64,000 nucleotides of DNA from Massalongia carnosa (taxonomy: Eukaryota). Numbering within the stretch: position 1 is the stretch's first letter; each line of letters begins with the position of its first letter. Made by a program: the position numbers and the translations under genes. Of the stretch, positions 1-14,185 are shown in pieces. A model generated the notes under the pieces. The model did no database searches. It worked only from the letters and a program-made list of their open reading frames with translations, and had not been told where the DNA came from. Location: positions 1,178,001 to 1,242,000 of the forward strand of contig OZ287067.1 in assembly GCA_965645245.1 (NCBI GenBank). The letters run 5' to 3'.

Positions 1-73
1 TTGCAGCTTTCTAACACGCTGCATCAGCTCAATGCAGCCGTATTAAGCAGATGGACAAACTCACATGCGCCAT
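1..73 (-). CDS. Possible 5' end of a gene running off the left edge (micro-exon ATG GCG CAT, intron 64..11, then exon 10..1)
   Basis: On the minus strand, ATGGCGCAT is followed directly by GTGAGT, a GCTGAT branch-like motif and TTAG, giving a 54-nt intron. It is divergent from CDC27. The product cannot be identified. Confidence 0.4.
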
Positions 74-719
74 TATGTTTGGTCAGTATTGGGTGTACCT
101 GAGGACTTATCAAAATTCAGTGGAAACCAAGGAGAAGTGAAGATTGTCTCGTTGCCATGCCGGCATGCATGGAAGCGCCGCTTTACGGGTTGTCCAATCA
201 GAGATCCTGACCAACCGTGAAAAACGTCGAACGAAAACATCGCGCTTTTTTTGGACCACTTCATCAGTGTCACGCTAAATCAGTTGTCGAAGTCGTCACA
301 AAGTCTCTGTAGCCTTCAAAGTAACCAGAAGCGCTGTGTATCTTGGCATGGATCAATATCACAGAATGATTATTTTCAGGCGTTGATACTTCCAAAGCAC
401 TTCCGCTCACCAACAAGCTCATTCAACTTTCTTCGTTCGTTCTACCATTACTAGATATTCGGTCCTTCAGCCGTACATACCTTTTGAGGAAGTTACAAAT
501 CAAGCAACAATAATATGTTACAGGAGGAGCAGCCACCTTCATTACGCTTGATGTCCGGCAGAGTCTTCCGAAGCCAAAGCTCCCGTTATAGATGAGCCGA
601 TTTTCCATAAAGCCTTCACCAACTACGCATTTTCTCGCGAACCTCGCTCCTCGTTGATCTTGTTTCTATTCTTTAAGCCGAAGCCGTGACTCTCTCAGTG
701 GCGATCCTCTTTCTCCAAG

Positions 720-3435
720 ATGTCGCCTGTGAACCCACATATCATCAGTCAACTACGACAGCTAATCTACTACCACCTAGATTGTAACCTCCTACGGAAT
801 GCTCTATTTCTAGCAGGACGCCTCCACGCATATGAACCACGGTCATCGGAGGCGGCATATCTTCTGGCCCTGTGCCATCTTCGTCTCGGCCAGCTTAAGG
901 CAGCGTACGATTATAGCAAAACATCAGGATCGAGGGGGAACCATCTGGGATGTTCATACGTCTTTGCGCAAGCTTGTCTAGGCTTGGAGAGATTTATTGA
1001 AGGTATAACCGCAACGGATCGATGTAGGAATGTATGGGCGACAAGAAGCAACTGGAGTGAGTGTTCCGCAAAATGGTCAAGCCTAGAGTTATAAACCTGA
1101 TATTTTCATTCAAGACAAACATACAGATACACGACGGCAACAATTACCAGACGCTGCAGCGTTTCACTGCCTACAGGGCAAGCTGTGGCATGCCCACCAT
1201 GATACAAATAAGGCGATTAGCTGTTACGCCGATGCACTGAAGCTTAATCCCTTTATGTGGGATGCTTTCATTGGCATTTGCGACCTTGGTAGGTGGTGTG
1301 TAGGGTGTTGGGTGGAGGTAACGCTGAAATATCACAGGGGTAAAAATTCGAGTACCGAACGTCTTCAAGATGACTCAAGAGATGACGAGTGTCCTCTCAA
1401 ATCTAGCTGCTGATGAGAAATCGCCCGATGTACTCGAGGAATCACAAATTTCCGTTGGCCTTTCCCAAGCGCAGATGAACAGCAGCAATCTTAATCCACC
1501 TCATGCTAGCAATGATCCTTTCAGTATATCAAAAAACAGAATCAATGGAGAAGTCCGCGTCACTCAGGGTAGCTCCGCGCTATTCGAAAAACTGAACGGT
1601 AGCAAAATTAACGTCACGCCCATAGGTGGAGGAGGGGGACTTGGGTTTCACAACCTAGACACACCAACAGGCTATGGGGGGGTAAGTGCGGAGGTGCTGC
1701 CTGTGAAAGATTACGGTGAAGCCGTCCCAGCCATCCCCAGCTCGATCGAGCCGCCGACTGCTCCGACAAGAAAGGCGCGGACTTTGCCGGGGCTGGGCAT
1801 GGATTTTGGCGTTGATGCACCACCGAAGATGCGGTCTAATTCCGTAAGACCGAAAACTAGAAGCAAAGGCGATTCGGAAGAAGCAGATAGTATTGCGCCG
1901 AATAGGACATCAACTTTGAGCAACATCTTTAGCGGTGATCGAAAACGGACTGTCTCTGGTCAACCAACACAAGCCTTTGTGGCGAGTTCAATCTCAAGCA
2001 CTAATTCAAATGCACATGACCCCGGGGCACCAGCAAGAAGAAGTATGAGGCTGTTCAATCAGGTCAGACCCCAAAGCGGAAAACTACTGGCCTCAGCCGG
2101 AACCCTTGGAAAGGATGGACGAGACCTGAAAAAGGCCAAGGCGACGGGAACAAAAGGCCGAAGTGCGAATTCCTATGTTGGACGGGTTGTCAGCGGGAAC
2201 CGAAAGCACGGGGATGGTACGGAAGGTGATGGCAAGGAACAGCGGCCTTTGTCCGGTGTCCAAAATGCGGCTCATCCCAAATCCGCGTTGAATGATAAGG
2301 CGAAGGAGCTTGAAAGCCTGCAATGGTTATTAGATTTGTTCACAAAACTAGGCAGCGGTTATTTTGCGTTGTGTCACTACCAATGTCAGGATGCTCTGCA
2401 ATCATTCCACTCCATTCTACCAGGCCAGAAAGACACACCTTGGGTTCTTGCACAAATAGGACGTGCCCTTTTTGAGCAAGCTTCGTATGCTGAAGCCGAG
2501 AAGTTCTTCGCAAGAATAAAAACCATGGCTCCAGCTAGGCTTGAGGACATGGAAGTCTATTCCACAGTCTTATGGCACTTGAAGAAAGATATTGATCTCG
2601 CATTTCTCGCTCACGAGATTGTCGAACTTGACCGAGACTCTCCTCAAGCTTGGTGTGCCGTGGGCAATTCATTCTCCCTGCAAAGAGACCATGACCAAGC
2701 CTTGAAATGCTTTAAACGAGCAACCCAATTAGACCCGAAATTCGCCTACGCATTCACTCTCCAAGGCCATGAGCATATCGCCAATGAGGAATATGATAAA
2801 GCCCTAGCCGCCTTCCGCAACGCCATTGCAGCCGAAAATCGCCATTATAACGCATGGTACGGCTTGGGCAAAGTATTCGAGAAGCAAGGGAAATACGATT
2901 ACGCTGAGCAACATTACCGCACTGCCGCTGGTATCAATCCTACCAACGCTGTGCTGGTCTGCTGCATTGGCGTAGTGTTGGAGAAGCTGAAGAACCCAAG
3001 GGCGGCGCTGGTTCAATATACGCGCAGCTGTGAGCTGGCGCCGAAGAGTGCGCTCAGCCGATTCAAGAAGGCGAGGGTACTGCTCACTTTACAAGAGCCG
3101 CAGAGGGCGCTCCTAGAGTTGAGGGTGTTGAAGGACATTGCCCCAGACGAGGCGAATGTGCATTTCATGCTAGGCAGGGTGTACAAAATCTTGCGGCAAA
3201 AGGGAAGCGCGATCAAGCACTTTACCACAGCGCTAAATTTGGATCCAAAGGTAAGTTAAAAATTAACGATTTGCTTCGGAGTCCCTTTCTTGTTTTTTAC
3301 ATGCTATACTTGTCATATAGTTACCAGATTAAGCTAACGTATGAATGATGGCAGGCTTCGCATTATATCAAAGAAGCCATGGAACAGATGGAAGACGCCT
3401 CAGACGACGACGACGGAGACATGCGCATCATGTGA
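720..3435 (+). CDS. CDC27: Anaphase-promoting complex TPR subunit Cdc27/BimA/APC3 (834 aa; exons 720-1056, 1115-1288, 1338-3250, 3355-3435)
   Basis: N-terminal TPRs (NALFLAGRLHAYEP; ALKLNPFMWDAF), a long disordered linker and a C-terminal TPR block (SPQAWCAVGNSFSLQRDHDQALKCFKRATQLDPKFAYAFTLQGHE, RHYNAWYGLG). Three GT-AG introns preserve the frame. Confidence 0.95.
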
Positions 3436-4769
3436 AGCTTGCAAAAATGAACATTCATGGCAAAGCCGACCTTACCCCAGAAGTAAAACTACTAGCTCCT
3501 TCTCATACCTTGCCTCAAAGGCCTCGGCTTTTGAGTCGCTTTCCCCGCTCTCATCTTTTCCCCCTCACTTTTGTTATACGAAGACCACAGGTTTCGTGGC
3601 ATGTCATTAAAGCGTATTCGTTTTCTTATACGGTCGATCCCCTTCCACTTGGTCGGTTGATTGGCCGCCCTCTTGTTCGCTTGGTTGATCAATTGGTTTC
3701 GTCTGTTCCAGGTTCACTTGGTTTTGATTGGGTTGGGTTTGGTTCCGGAAAGGCTGGATGGCACGCACACACGCAATGCATAGACGGGATTCGCAGGTTT
3801 AGACCGCCGAATCCGGGCCAGCCAAGGAACGAAGAAAGAAATGGAGATCCCACAGATGGCTGTTGCGGCCGCGCTTTACCAATGAAGTATATGAAATTTC
3901 CGCACTAGGCAGACGGACAGGATTAGCTGGCGATGCGGGGGTTCTTTCTAACAAAGCACAGCGTGGGCGTTTTTTTTTCCGATTCTCTTTTCTTTTTCTC
4001 CCGCGATAGGGGGGGCTGGCGTGGAAAGTCGACGATGATGTACAATTAGAGAGTGAGAGAGAGTGTGTGTGTCTTTCTCAATCAACTCGTCAACTCGTCG
4101 ATCAATCAATGCATGCACGCACGCATGCCTCGTTGGATTTGTCCTGGAGCTGGAAGAGGTTTTGTTTTGGTGATCGTTGGCGTGGGTTGCGGATGAAATG
4201 GGAAAATTGTGGGGGGGGGAAGGTGTTCGGAACGAGATATCATCCATCGTTTCAACAAGCTCAGTCACCACCCCTACCTACCTACTACCTCCCTTCTCTT
4301 TCCTTCCCTCTATTCCTCCTCTTGCCCCAAATCCAAACCCAACCCTGGCCTGTTCAATTCAGTTCGGCTCATCATTCGTCGTTCGTCGTAAATCGCTATG
4401 CACGCGTGGATGGATAGATAGATTGAGTGATCGATCATGGACGGTAGGTAGATAAAAATCATGAGCTGAGTAGCTCTCAAGTAATAACATGAACATAGCC
4501 GCGGGAGAGAAGGTTCTACTTATTCCTCGTGACTTTATCCTAGGTAGTTTATCAACAGAGTCCCCCAACGCGCGAGCTTTTCTTCCCAATGGATGAATGA
4601 ACGAATGAATAAACAAACAAATCGCCCATGCCCAGCCCTAGCCCCCTGCTCGTCGATCGGATGGATATTCACAACGCGCCATGCCATGTGTAACCGTGCC
4701 CCCTGCCCCATCTCCATGCAAAGCCTTATTTATAATCTTTTGCCCGTCCTCGTTCGCCGTGTCTAACCC

Positions 4770-5777
4770 TCAGCTTCTCAATTCTCTCCCGCTCCCACCA
4801 GCCATCGCCATTGCCGCTTTGTGCTCCTCCTTCGCCGTCACAGTCGACCGCGTGGCTTTCTGTCCCATGGGGCTCTCCGTCAGCGAGATCAAAGCGGCGA
4901 GCATCGCTTCACGAGTCGTGCGCGTGAGCTCGTCCACGTCGGCAACAGTAAGGGATTTGGTGAGGATTGGGGGGAGGACTGTGGTTTTGGCTATTGTCAG
5001 CGTACCATTCCCTGATGCAGCTTATTCCATAGGAGAGCTCTAGCTGGAAGGCTTACTCTTCACTGGGATCCTCCCGCGACGAAACCTTCGCTCCCGCACA
5101 TTCAACACCCCTGCGTAATTGCCCGCGACGACCGGTACAATCTCCACGCCCGCCTGCACCGCTAAATGAAATGCGCCCTTCTTGAACGGCCCCAGCTCCG
5201 GGCCATTGGCATAACTCCTTGTGCCCTCGGGAAAAATGAACACGTTCTGCTGCTCCCTTCGCATCTCGTCGGCCGCGCCTTCAAATGCCCTGAGCGCATC
5301 GGCCCGGTTCCCGCGGTCGATGAACACGGTGCCCGAAAGCGCCATGAACCAGCCCAAAAACGGCAGGCGCTTCAGGCTCGACTTGGCGGTGACGGAGGTA
5401 TAAGGGGGGAAGATGGTGCCGAGGAAGAGCACGTCGAGCTCGGACTGATGATTGCCGATGATGACGCATGGGCGAGCGGTGGCAAGATACTCTTCACCCT
5501 CGACGATCTCGAACGAGACGCCAGTGGCGAGGCGCATGGTGTATTTGAAAGCACGGGCGGTAAGGTATTGGGCGATGCGGTGTTGCTTAAGCGGCCGGAG
5601 GAGGAGAGAGACGAGCACGCCGTAGGTGGCGCAGAGGACGAGAGCGGCATAGGAGATGAGGAGACGGGCGTAGAAGGATGCGGCAGGGAGACCCATAGCA
5701 GAGAAGGTGAAGAGGGAGGCGGTAAGGCCGATATAGAAGATCAGGAAGCGGAGGAGTAGGAGGAAAAGAATGTGCAT
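4770..5777 (-). CDS. SLC1: 1-acyl-sn-glycerol-3-phosphate acyltransferase (309 aa; exons 5777-5057, 4978-4770)
   Basis: PlsC motifs NHQSELD, FIDR, FPEGTRS and PFKKGAFHLA, with a hydrophobic N-terminus. An intron GTAAGC...GCTGAC...CAG restores the C-terminus ILPPILTKSLT...DVDELTRTTREAML. Confidence 0.95.
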
Positions 5778-7005
5778 GGTATTTTTTTCTCTCTTGGTTT
5801 TCTTATCTTTTGGGGGGTTTCCCAGCGAGGATTAGGAGTTGGTGAAGTTATTTGTTGGGAGGTAGAGATTGTTTGGTGGGAGAGCACATGGAAAGCCTCG
5901 AGGTTTTGGGGGGTAGTATAGGGATTTTTACCACTATGAGAGCGCCAAGTGAGGGTTGTGAAGAGAGTAGAATCATGTTTTCATGTTCTCGTGGAGTCGT
6001 GTCTCATGATCTGTAGAAGCTATTTGACATAGGAGAGGTAGAGAGGTGTTGGTGAGTGACGATGTTCGTCACAAGGACATGCACGTAGGTTTAAGCGGTG
6101 GAGGTTGACCGTCGATTGATCATTTTCGGCTTTGTGCATGTTTGTGTGTATGTGTCTCGATGGTCAAGTCTGGCATGAGGCAGAACGACGGAACTGAAGT
6201 CGTTCTCCACGAAAACCGAAATCGAATTGAAACTTCATCTGAGAACGCTGATCCGGAGAGTAGAGCAATCAGAGTTCTTCTCGTTATCGATCTATCACGT
6301 GCTTTCTCTCCCACGTATAGATGGTATCTAACAACTACCTGTACTCTCCTCAAAAGACTCAACCCGAGCTACACACATCGACTCTAACCATCTGTGAAAA
6401 GTATCACTTAACTACCCTGGAACCTATCGTCCCTGTATATGTATCACCTCCTTGTCTGACCATCCAGCATAGCCCAAACCTGGCCGATATACATATCAAC
6501 TCTTTCAGATGTGCTTATAGCAGAAAATGTGGGATTTACATAGATAGATACATACCCCTTTCCCTCCATCCCTCCCTCCACGTTATCATCCCAAAATACT
6601 CCCTCACTAGCTGCATCACGTTATGTGAAGGTCTGTAAATCCCAGAATGACCCGAAGAGATCAAAAAGGGATTGTCGGATGCAGGCCTGTGAGCGTTGCA
6701 CGAAGCGTGTTGAAGGTTCCAAGAAGAAGAGAATTATGCCTTCGTTGAAACAAGCAACAGTAATCATCTACAGCGGGTTAATAACACCCTCGAATAAAAC
6801 AAATATACGCGATCACGTGCCCTCTCTCCATGGCCTGAAAACCCGCAGTGAATGCCCCAGTCTAGACTGCCCAAAGCCCAACAGGAAACTTACAAGAAAA
6901 GAACCCTGAAGTACACAGAAGAATACAAAAACTAAAAGTGCGCAAAGACCCATTTACACAAAAGAATACCCACCTCATTCGCTCTGCACAACGATATCTG
7001 TCCAC

Positions 7006-10000
7006 CTATGTGCCGGATAAGAATCTCAGCGTTTCTTCTCTCTCCTCCACTGGCAGCATAGTCAAAACCTGCTTGATCCCTTTCAATCCGCCTTCTTTGT
7101 TGCTTCGAAGCAATGATGCAATATCGGACGCTACTCCATCCGACCTCATCGCCTCTACTTTGGAATTGACGTTCTTCTTGTTCTCCTCATACCACATAGC
7201 TACCGCCCGATCATCCTTATCGAATTTCGCGATACCAGTCCAGGCTTGAAGAGTCTGCAGCCGGACAGCGCGAGACACCGGATCACGTATAGACGTTGCC
7301 GCCAGCTTCTTGAGAATCGATTCTTCGTTGAGACGCCGCCGAAGACGCCAGTAGAAGAATCGACGAGCATTTTTCCATTGAAGCGGATGTCGGATGGTTT
7401 CTTTGGCTTGCATGCGCCCTGCCCGGTCATGGAGGTCGGCGAATTGGAGAGAAATCTGAGTGTAGACCGGGAGGAGTAATTGCTCCCGTTCAGTCATCTG
7501 TTCCTTGATTTTCGCCTGTTTATCTGCCATTAATGACTTATCTGCCAGTGCTCGCTTAAGCTCTGCATATGGCGGATCGAGTCGGGCCATTGTGTCGAGC
7601 TGCTTATCGCGGCGGTACTTGATGTTTACAATTCCTTCCGGTTCGAGAACGCCTCCTCGAGATTCTTCATCCGCATACATTTCCATCACATCGGGATTTA
7701 TTGTGGGATCAACGACGACCTGAAAAAGAGTAAGCGCCGCCACACACACTTCAATGAGATGAGCTTACCCATGAACCTCCTCGCAGCTCCCCAAAAGGTG
7801 GTATGTATACAAAAATAGGCTGCTCATATTTGACCAGGGCGTCAACAATGTACGAGCCATACTTAAGGACTTCATTGTACATATCGCGCTGGCCGCCCGA
7901 AAATCCTCTCCAGTTGGCGAGTATCATCAAAGGAAGCTGCTCTCCATAGTTGAAGTCATTGATGGCCTGAGCCGTTTTGAAAGCAGAATTGGGGTACCAT
8001 ACACCACCAGCTTCATTGGCGATCTGCTCCATCGAATCTGGATTTGCCGGGTCTGCAGGTGTTATGTTCTCCACAGATCGAGTCTCTACACCAATGACAC
8101 CAACTGGAATACCGCCTAGGCGAGCTCGTCCTACCACAACCGTTCTGGCCCATCCGCCCAGGGATTCTTGGAACGAGTCTTTATCAAACAGTCCGGACAG
8201 GAACCCTTCCTCATCTTCTTTACCTGCGATAAGCCAACGCACGTCATATGCTTGCTTTGGCTGAGGGTAGAACTCTACGCTTCTGTCCCACGGATCCGTA
8301 TTTGGTGCAATAGGAATAGGGCTGTTCTTTTTGTCTGGCACAAAAGACATCCAGTCTACGATCTTGGATACACCCTCAAAATCGTCGTTTGCTGTCATGT
8401 GAGAAACGCCGTTTCGGTACATGATTTGAGTGCCACCAAGTTGCAGGTTAGACGTATATACCTCACGGCCGAGGAGCTTGTTGATAGCCCCTGCTCCGGT
8501 CAGAATGATTGGCTGACCCTCAATCTGAATTGCTCTCTGGCCAAGACGGACGAGATAAGCGCCGATACCTGTTGATGGTTAGCAGAAGGCTACTTCCTTG
8601 TGCTCGTCACAACTTACCGACTGATCGACAAGTTACCAAGGTGATAGTGAAAATGTCTTGGTATGCCTTGGACGTTGCTCCTGCAATTAAGCCAGAACCC
8701 TTGAGGCATTCAACTCCCAAGCCATCCTCGGCGCCGATGATGGTAACAATCTTATGCCTCTCCTCACCATCCTCCATGATAGGCTCCGTGATAACGTCCT
8801 TGGACTTGCCACCCTCAAATCGTTCTTTTTTCTCTTTAGTAAGATAAAGATACTTGAAACCCGCCTCCGGCTTCTTGGGATCGTTCCATGCTGCTGAAAA
8901 GTGCGGAATCAACTCTTCAGCCATGCCGATTCGCGCACCTGAATTTGCTGACAGATAGATGCGAGGGATACCTAATTTTCTCGCAAGCTCGGTGCATTTA
9001 AAGAAGAATTTGTCTTCTGCAGGTCCAAACGATCCAATCTTGAACGTAATGTCATTTGCCACAATGATGAATCTTCTTCCTTTGGGATACTCCGGTGTCT
9101 TTGCAGTAAGTATCCAGCCAACCATTCCGTGTGCATTGGTTCCAGGTTCGCGCGCCACTTCAGCCAGATTGTCGTTGTCGTCAAGGACCAATTCGCTGTA
9201 TTCCATGCACTCGCCCGTGGGAGGTTGTTTGCTTGCTAGCGGAGGATGTTTTGCCACGGCTTTGGTCCAGCTGTTCTGGAAAGCTTGTCGAAATAATTCC
9301 GGGAAATCATAGACATACTGAGTACCCATAAGGTGAGCCTTATATCGCTTTGGTTGCAGCCATTCCTTGGTAGCATAAGGGGTGGAAACGGGCCTCAGAT
9401 GCATGGCGCCGATCCGTGTGGTACCACCAAGGCTATGGAACAGCCATTCACCACCTTTTTCTGACTTCTTCTCAGCATACATCTCAACTTGGATTACAAA
9501 CCCTGAAGTGTTGCTAATGACAACCCGCAAGGGATAGGGCAAACCCGTAGTAGGCTCGGTACAAATTATGCGAATCTCTACCCCGGTAACCCGCAACCGC
9601 CATGCTCGCCGACCAAAACGCTCGAGAAACCCCGCAAGCGCTTCTTCAACTTCCTGTGGCTCAAGAGAAAAGACGGGCGAGAAATTAATGAAAATGTGAT
9701 TCAAGTCGGAGTTGTTATTGCCGATAATCTCCAAAGCATCTAATATATCATTCATAAGTCGATCGGCTTCAGAGATGAGATAATCTGCTGTTGGGATATC
9801 ATCTCTTAATCGTCCTGGTCGCACAACAGCACGGGTGAAGTATCTCTTGTCAGCAGCTTTGTCGCCGTCCGAACCCTTTCCAATCGCTTCGTAAACGTGT
9901 ATATTTCTATTTTCCGTGAAGACCGGTTTTATGCGGAACTTGGATAGTCTACCAAGCTCAAGCTGGAAGGCCAGAGCAGGTTCGATATGTCGAATGCTAT

Positions 10001-13000
10001 CGTCTTCCTCATATGTCGGACCGCGAAATGTAAAATAGCCTGGGTAAGTACCCTCTTTATGTCCACAAATGAAGCTAAGTCTTCGAACCCTACGAGCAAG
10101 AAGTTCATCTTTGTATTCATTAACTATACCGGTGATTTTTGTCAAAATCTCGTTGTCGTCTGATGACTCTATATCGCGAATAGCGACGTTACAAACACCT
10201 GTAAGTTCAGCTTCCGGATCCGGTCTTGGAGAAGGTCTGCGTCTCTGGAGCGATGCAATGTCGGGAATGAGTCCATTGTGAGCCTTCTTCCGAGGTCCTA
10301 CCACAGGGAATATTTCTAAAGCTCGCATAAGATACTCTTCGGCTTCGTCGAGATATTGCACAGGTACAATGACGCCTTTACGGGTAGGTTCATCGATGCC
10401 TTTACCAACAAGATAAGACATGTCACTGATGGAGCCGATGCGTTTGTATGGGCTGCCTTCTGCGGTGGGAGTCGCAGGCGTAGATGGAAAGGAATTTGTT
10501 ATGGGCATACCAAACTCGGAATGACCAACCTTGCGAAGCAAAAAATCCCAAGATACGATGTAAGGAGGTTCATAGTCATTGTGGTACTCAATAGTCTTGA
10601 GCGAGTACGCTCGATAAGCGCGTCGAATGTAGACTTCGAGAGAAGCCAGCGAAACCCAAGGGTCCTGGTAACCGAAGAATTTCGGTAGCACATCAAAGAC
10701 GGTATACTTAGAGTCTACTACTTCCTTAAGCACCTCAAGATTTGGCTCCCGGTGGTCCCATCCTGTTTCTCCATATCTCGATTCGACAACAGAGGACCGA
10801 AGAATATGCTCCATTTGTGATTCTCGTTCTTCAAGTGAGGGCAAGGCGCATTGGATTAATACTTCACGAGCTTTGAGCGAAACCTTTGCAGTTGCTCTTG
10901 ACTCCAAGTCGGTCAGTTTTCGGAGCGAGGGTTTGAAGTATTTTGCCACATTACCCGCATTTGGCTTGTTTGGTCGGTACATTTCCAGGATAGCAAGCAC
11001 CAGGTTGTTCTTTGCTCCAATTCTGCTGTGCGAAAGCACCGTATGAACCACCTTCAGAATATCGTCTTTGTTCTCTTCTCGAAGCTTCAGCACAACATCT
11101 TCGTCTCGAGAATTGCGTGTTGAAAACAATTTCTCAACTTCGTAATATTGATTCAGAAGGTTGCAAAAGACATCGAATTCGTGTACCTTCAATCCTTCAA
11201 TATATCGATCCATAACCTCGACGAGGGGCGCAAGGGCAGACTTTAGGGCATTGGCATCTCCAGGATTCACATTCTCCTCGAGAAAGCGCTGCAGTGTCTT
11301 GCTTAGTTGTTTTGCAGGAAACTCGGTCTGCCTCACTCTTGATCTATCAACAATCTGTGTAAATTGAGTGTCAAGCTTCTGCGGCATTCTGGCGTGGAGG
11401 GCTGAGAATTGGGCGTTCCACTCCCCATAAGGTAGTTCAGGGTCTCTTAGCACTTCGACGAGTTCGTTGAGTGTTGAGGACATGATAACTTGGTTATCAA
11501 ATCCTTGAAGAATATTCTGCAGGATACTATGTAACAAGGAGAATCTTTGCGGAGGTTTGCTCCCCACCACCTGCGGTGGTCCAAGGGCAGGTAGTTGACC
11601 TGAAAATGGTTGGGCGTGCTTTACCCTTGAGGGATCGTCCAAAGCAAGAATACCAAGGATGTCTCCTGCTTCAAGCGTGGCTCCAGGTTGCTTGATAAGT
11701 TGAACAGTACCTTCCTCCTGTGTAATAAGGGGCATGTACATCTTCATTACTTCGACCTCTGCAAATGTTTGGCCGGCTTTGACATGCTCACCATTTTCAA
11801 CTGTAAACTTCACAAGTTTACCAGGGCTTGGCGTTCTCAGCTGCGTTGGGTCATTTTCCTGCTCCAGCAAGCAGGTCTTGCTGTCAACGCTTATCCGAGT
11901 GGCCCCTACTTCCTCCTTCCAGTAGATGTTGTGGCTTCGTCCGCTGAGCAAAATAAGGAGCCCACCATCGGCTAGTGCACGTACGCCAACGGCGCATTTA
12001 GAACCATTGATGAAGAGATGGTAGCTATCCAAACTTGACCGCGTGGCAGTAAACTTGTATCGTACGCCTTCGTAGATGAAATCAACATGAAAGACGGTTT
12101 TCAAAACATCTTTGGCGGGTACTTGGCCTTTTTCAAGACTCGTTCGGTATTCTGCAATGCAACCTTCACTCGCAACGTGGGCTTTCGTGACTGCTCCACA
12201 TACCACGGCAAGCATAGGATCCGGCCTCTCCGCTGTTAATTTATTAGATATCAGCTCGTCGAGCCAGCCCGTTGTAATGGTATTTTCCTCAAAAGCAGGT
12301 GTCTGAAGTAACTTGATAAGATATTCAACAGTCGTTCGAAAGTCGCCACGGATGCTTAGTTCTTTCAAGGCTACCACCATATGCTTTCGCGAGGCTGAGC
12401 GGTTTTCCCCATAAGCAAAGATATGACCAAATTGACTGTCGGCAAACTGATGGATGCCCCCTGCTGTTCCCACAGAAAAATAACCCCAGACATTTGAGCT
12501 GCTTCGAAAATTTAATTCGTGCATCATACCACCTGACGGCTTAAATCCTTCACCAGGATCCTCCGAAGTGATACGGCAGGCGGTCGTATGTCCCTTTGGC
12601 GTTGGCCGTCGTTGAGACTTAACGCTATCTTCGTTCGAAAAATCAAAATCAATCTCGGACGAAGAGTTTGGGTCTGCGCCATAAAGTAGTCGAATGTCTC
12701 GTATTCGATGGAGCGGAATACCCATGGCAATTTGAAGTTGAGCAGCGGGTAAATTGACGCCGCTTACCATCTCGGTCGTTGGATGCTCGACTTGGAGACG
12801 CGGATTCAGTTCGAGAAAATAGAATTTGTCATCTGCATGGGAGTAAAGGTACTCTACGGTCCCTGCCGAGACGTAACCAACGAGTTTTCCAAGCCTCACA
12901 GCAGCCTTTTCCATGGCTCGGAAAGTGGCAGGCTTAGCGATAGTAACAGGTGCTTCTTCAATGATTTTCTGATGCCTCCGCTGTACCGAACAATCTCGTC

Positions 13001-14185
13001 CGAATAATGAAATGTTGTTCCCGTACTCATCAGCCAAGAGTTGTACTTCCAAATGCCTTGCATTGCCTGCAAGTTTCATGATGAAAATGGGCGAACCTGG
13101 AACTTCGCTTGCAGCGGCGTTATATAGGTTTGTGAAATTGTCTTCGTTGTCGACTTTTCGAATACCTTTGCCACCACCCCCCTCGGAGGCTTTCACCATC
13201 ACTGGGAACCCAATTTGGCGAGCTTTTTCCAGTCCCTCTTGCGGCGAATGTGTACATCCTTTTTCGTATACGTCGCTAGCGACCGTCACGATACCCTCGT
13301 CATCCAATACTACCTGGTCGACTCCCTCTCCAGACCATGGGATGCAAGGTACCTTTGCATGCTGAGCAACGATAGTAGAAGATATTTTGTCGCCGAGAGA
13401 TCGCATGGCCGATCCCGGGGGGCCGATGAAAATAATCTTTTTGGGCGATGCAGCTAACGATTCCGGTAGCTTTGGGTTTTCCGACGCATGTCCCCTACAA
13501 CGCGGTTAGGCTTAAATCTATGGTACAGCAACCTAGCAGACTGACCATCCTGCCCAGACAGCATGAACATTCATCCGCTCCGCGATATCGACGATTAATT
13601 CCACATTTGCGTAATTATTATTGTTTGTGCCGCCGGGAACCTTGATGAATGTAGATTAGCCTTCTCATTTCTTTCCACTATCTTCGAGCTTTCCCGCACG
13701 ACACCGCAGACTCAACGCAACGGGTTTGTAAGGCTCACCTCAACGTATCGATCAGCCATGCGGATGTAGTCGGCGTTGGCTTTTAGGTCCTCCGGCGTAG
13801 CCATAACGGTAAATTGAATTGCCCGCTCATCGCCAAAGCTCTCGTATGCCCATTTCCGTACCGATCGAATCTCTTTTACTGCTGCAATGCCATTATTAGC
13901 AATGAGCACCTGTAATCCGCATCATATTAGCAACGGCTCCGCCACGACCTTTCTCCCTCGATCACTCACCGACGTAATGACTGTATGACCATCGTTGGTC
14001 ACCACAAACTCCTTGACAGGTCCGTTGAGAGCTGCCTTCAAGTGGTTCCCGCCTATGAAATGGGCGGGCACTTTATGTTTCGCAGAATATGACCTCGCGT
14101 ACTCGTTGACCACTGATTTGGTGATACCGTTGGTCTGGGGTGCGTCGTGGTTCTGGGACACTCCATTGGGCAATGAGGTGGCCAT
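7006..14185 (-). CDS. ACC1: Acetyl-CoA carboxylase (2290 aa; exons 14185-13970, 13909-13739, 13640-13546, 13494-8618, 8568-7769, 7719-7006)
   Basis: Biotin carboxylase motifs ([43 protein letters not shown]), the biotinylation site EVMKM, and carboxyltransferase motifs ([21 protein letters not shown]). Five canonical introns. Confidence 0.98.

Noticed and set aside
3345..4455. Several ORFs of 60-187 aa between CDC27 and SLC1
   Set aside because: They overlap the true last CDC27 exon in other frames or lie in low-complexity convergent 3' regions, and show no recognisable motifs.
5166..5759. 197-aa plus-strand ORF
   Set aside because: It is an antisense shadow of GC-rich SLC1. The same applies to the many ORFs antisense to ACC1, nudE, SSM4 and the She10-like gene.
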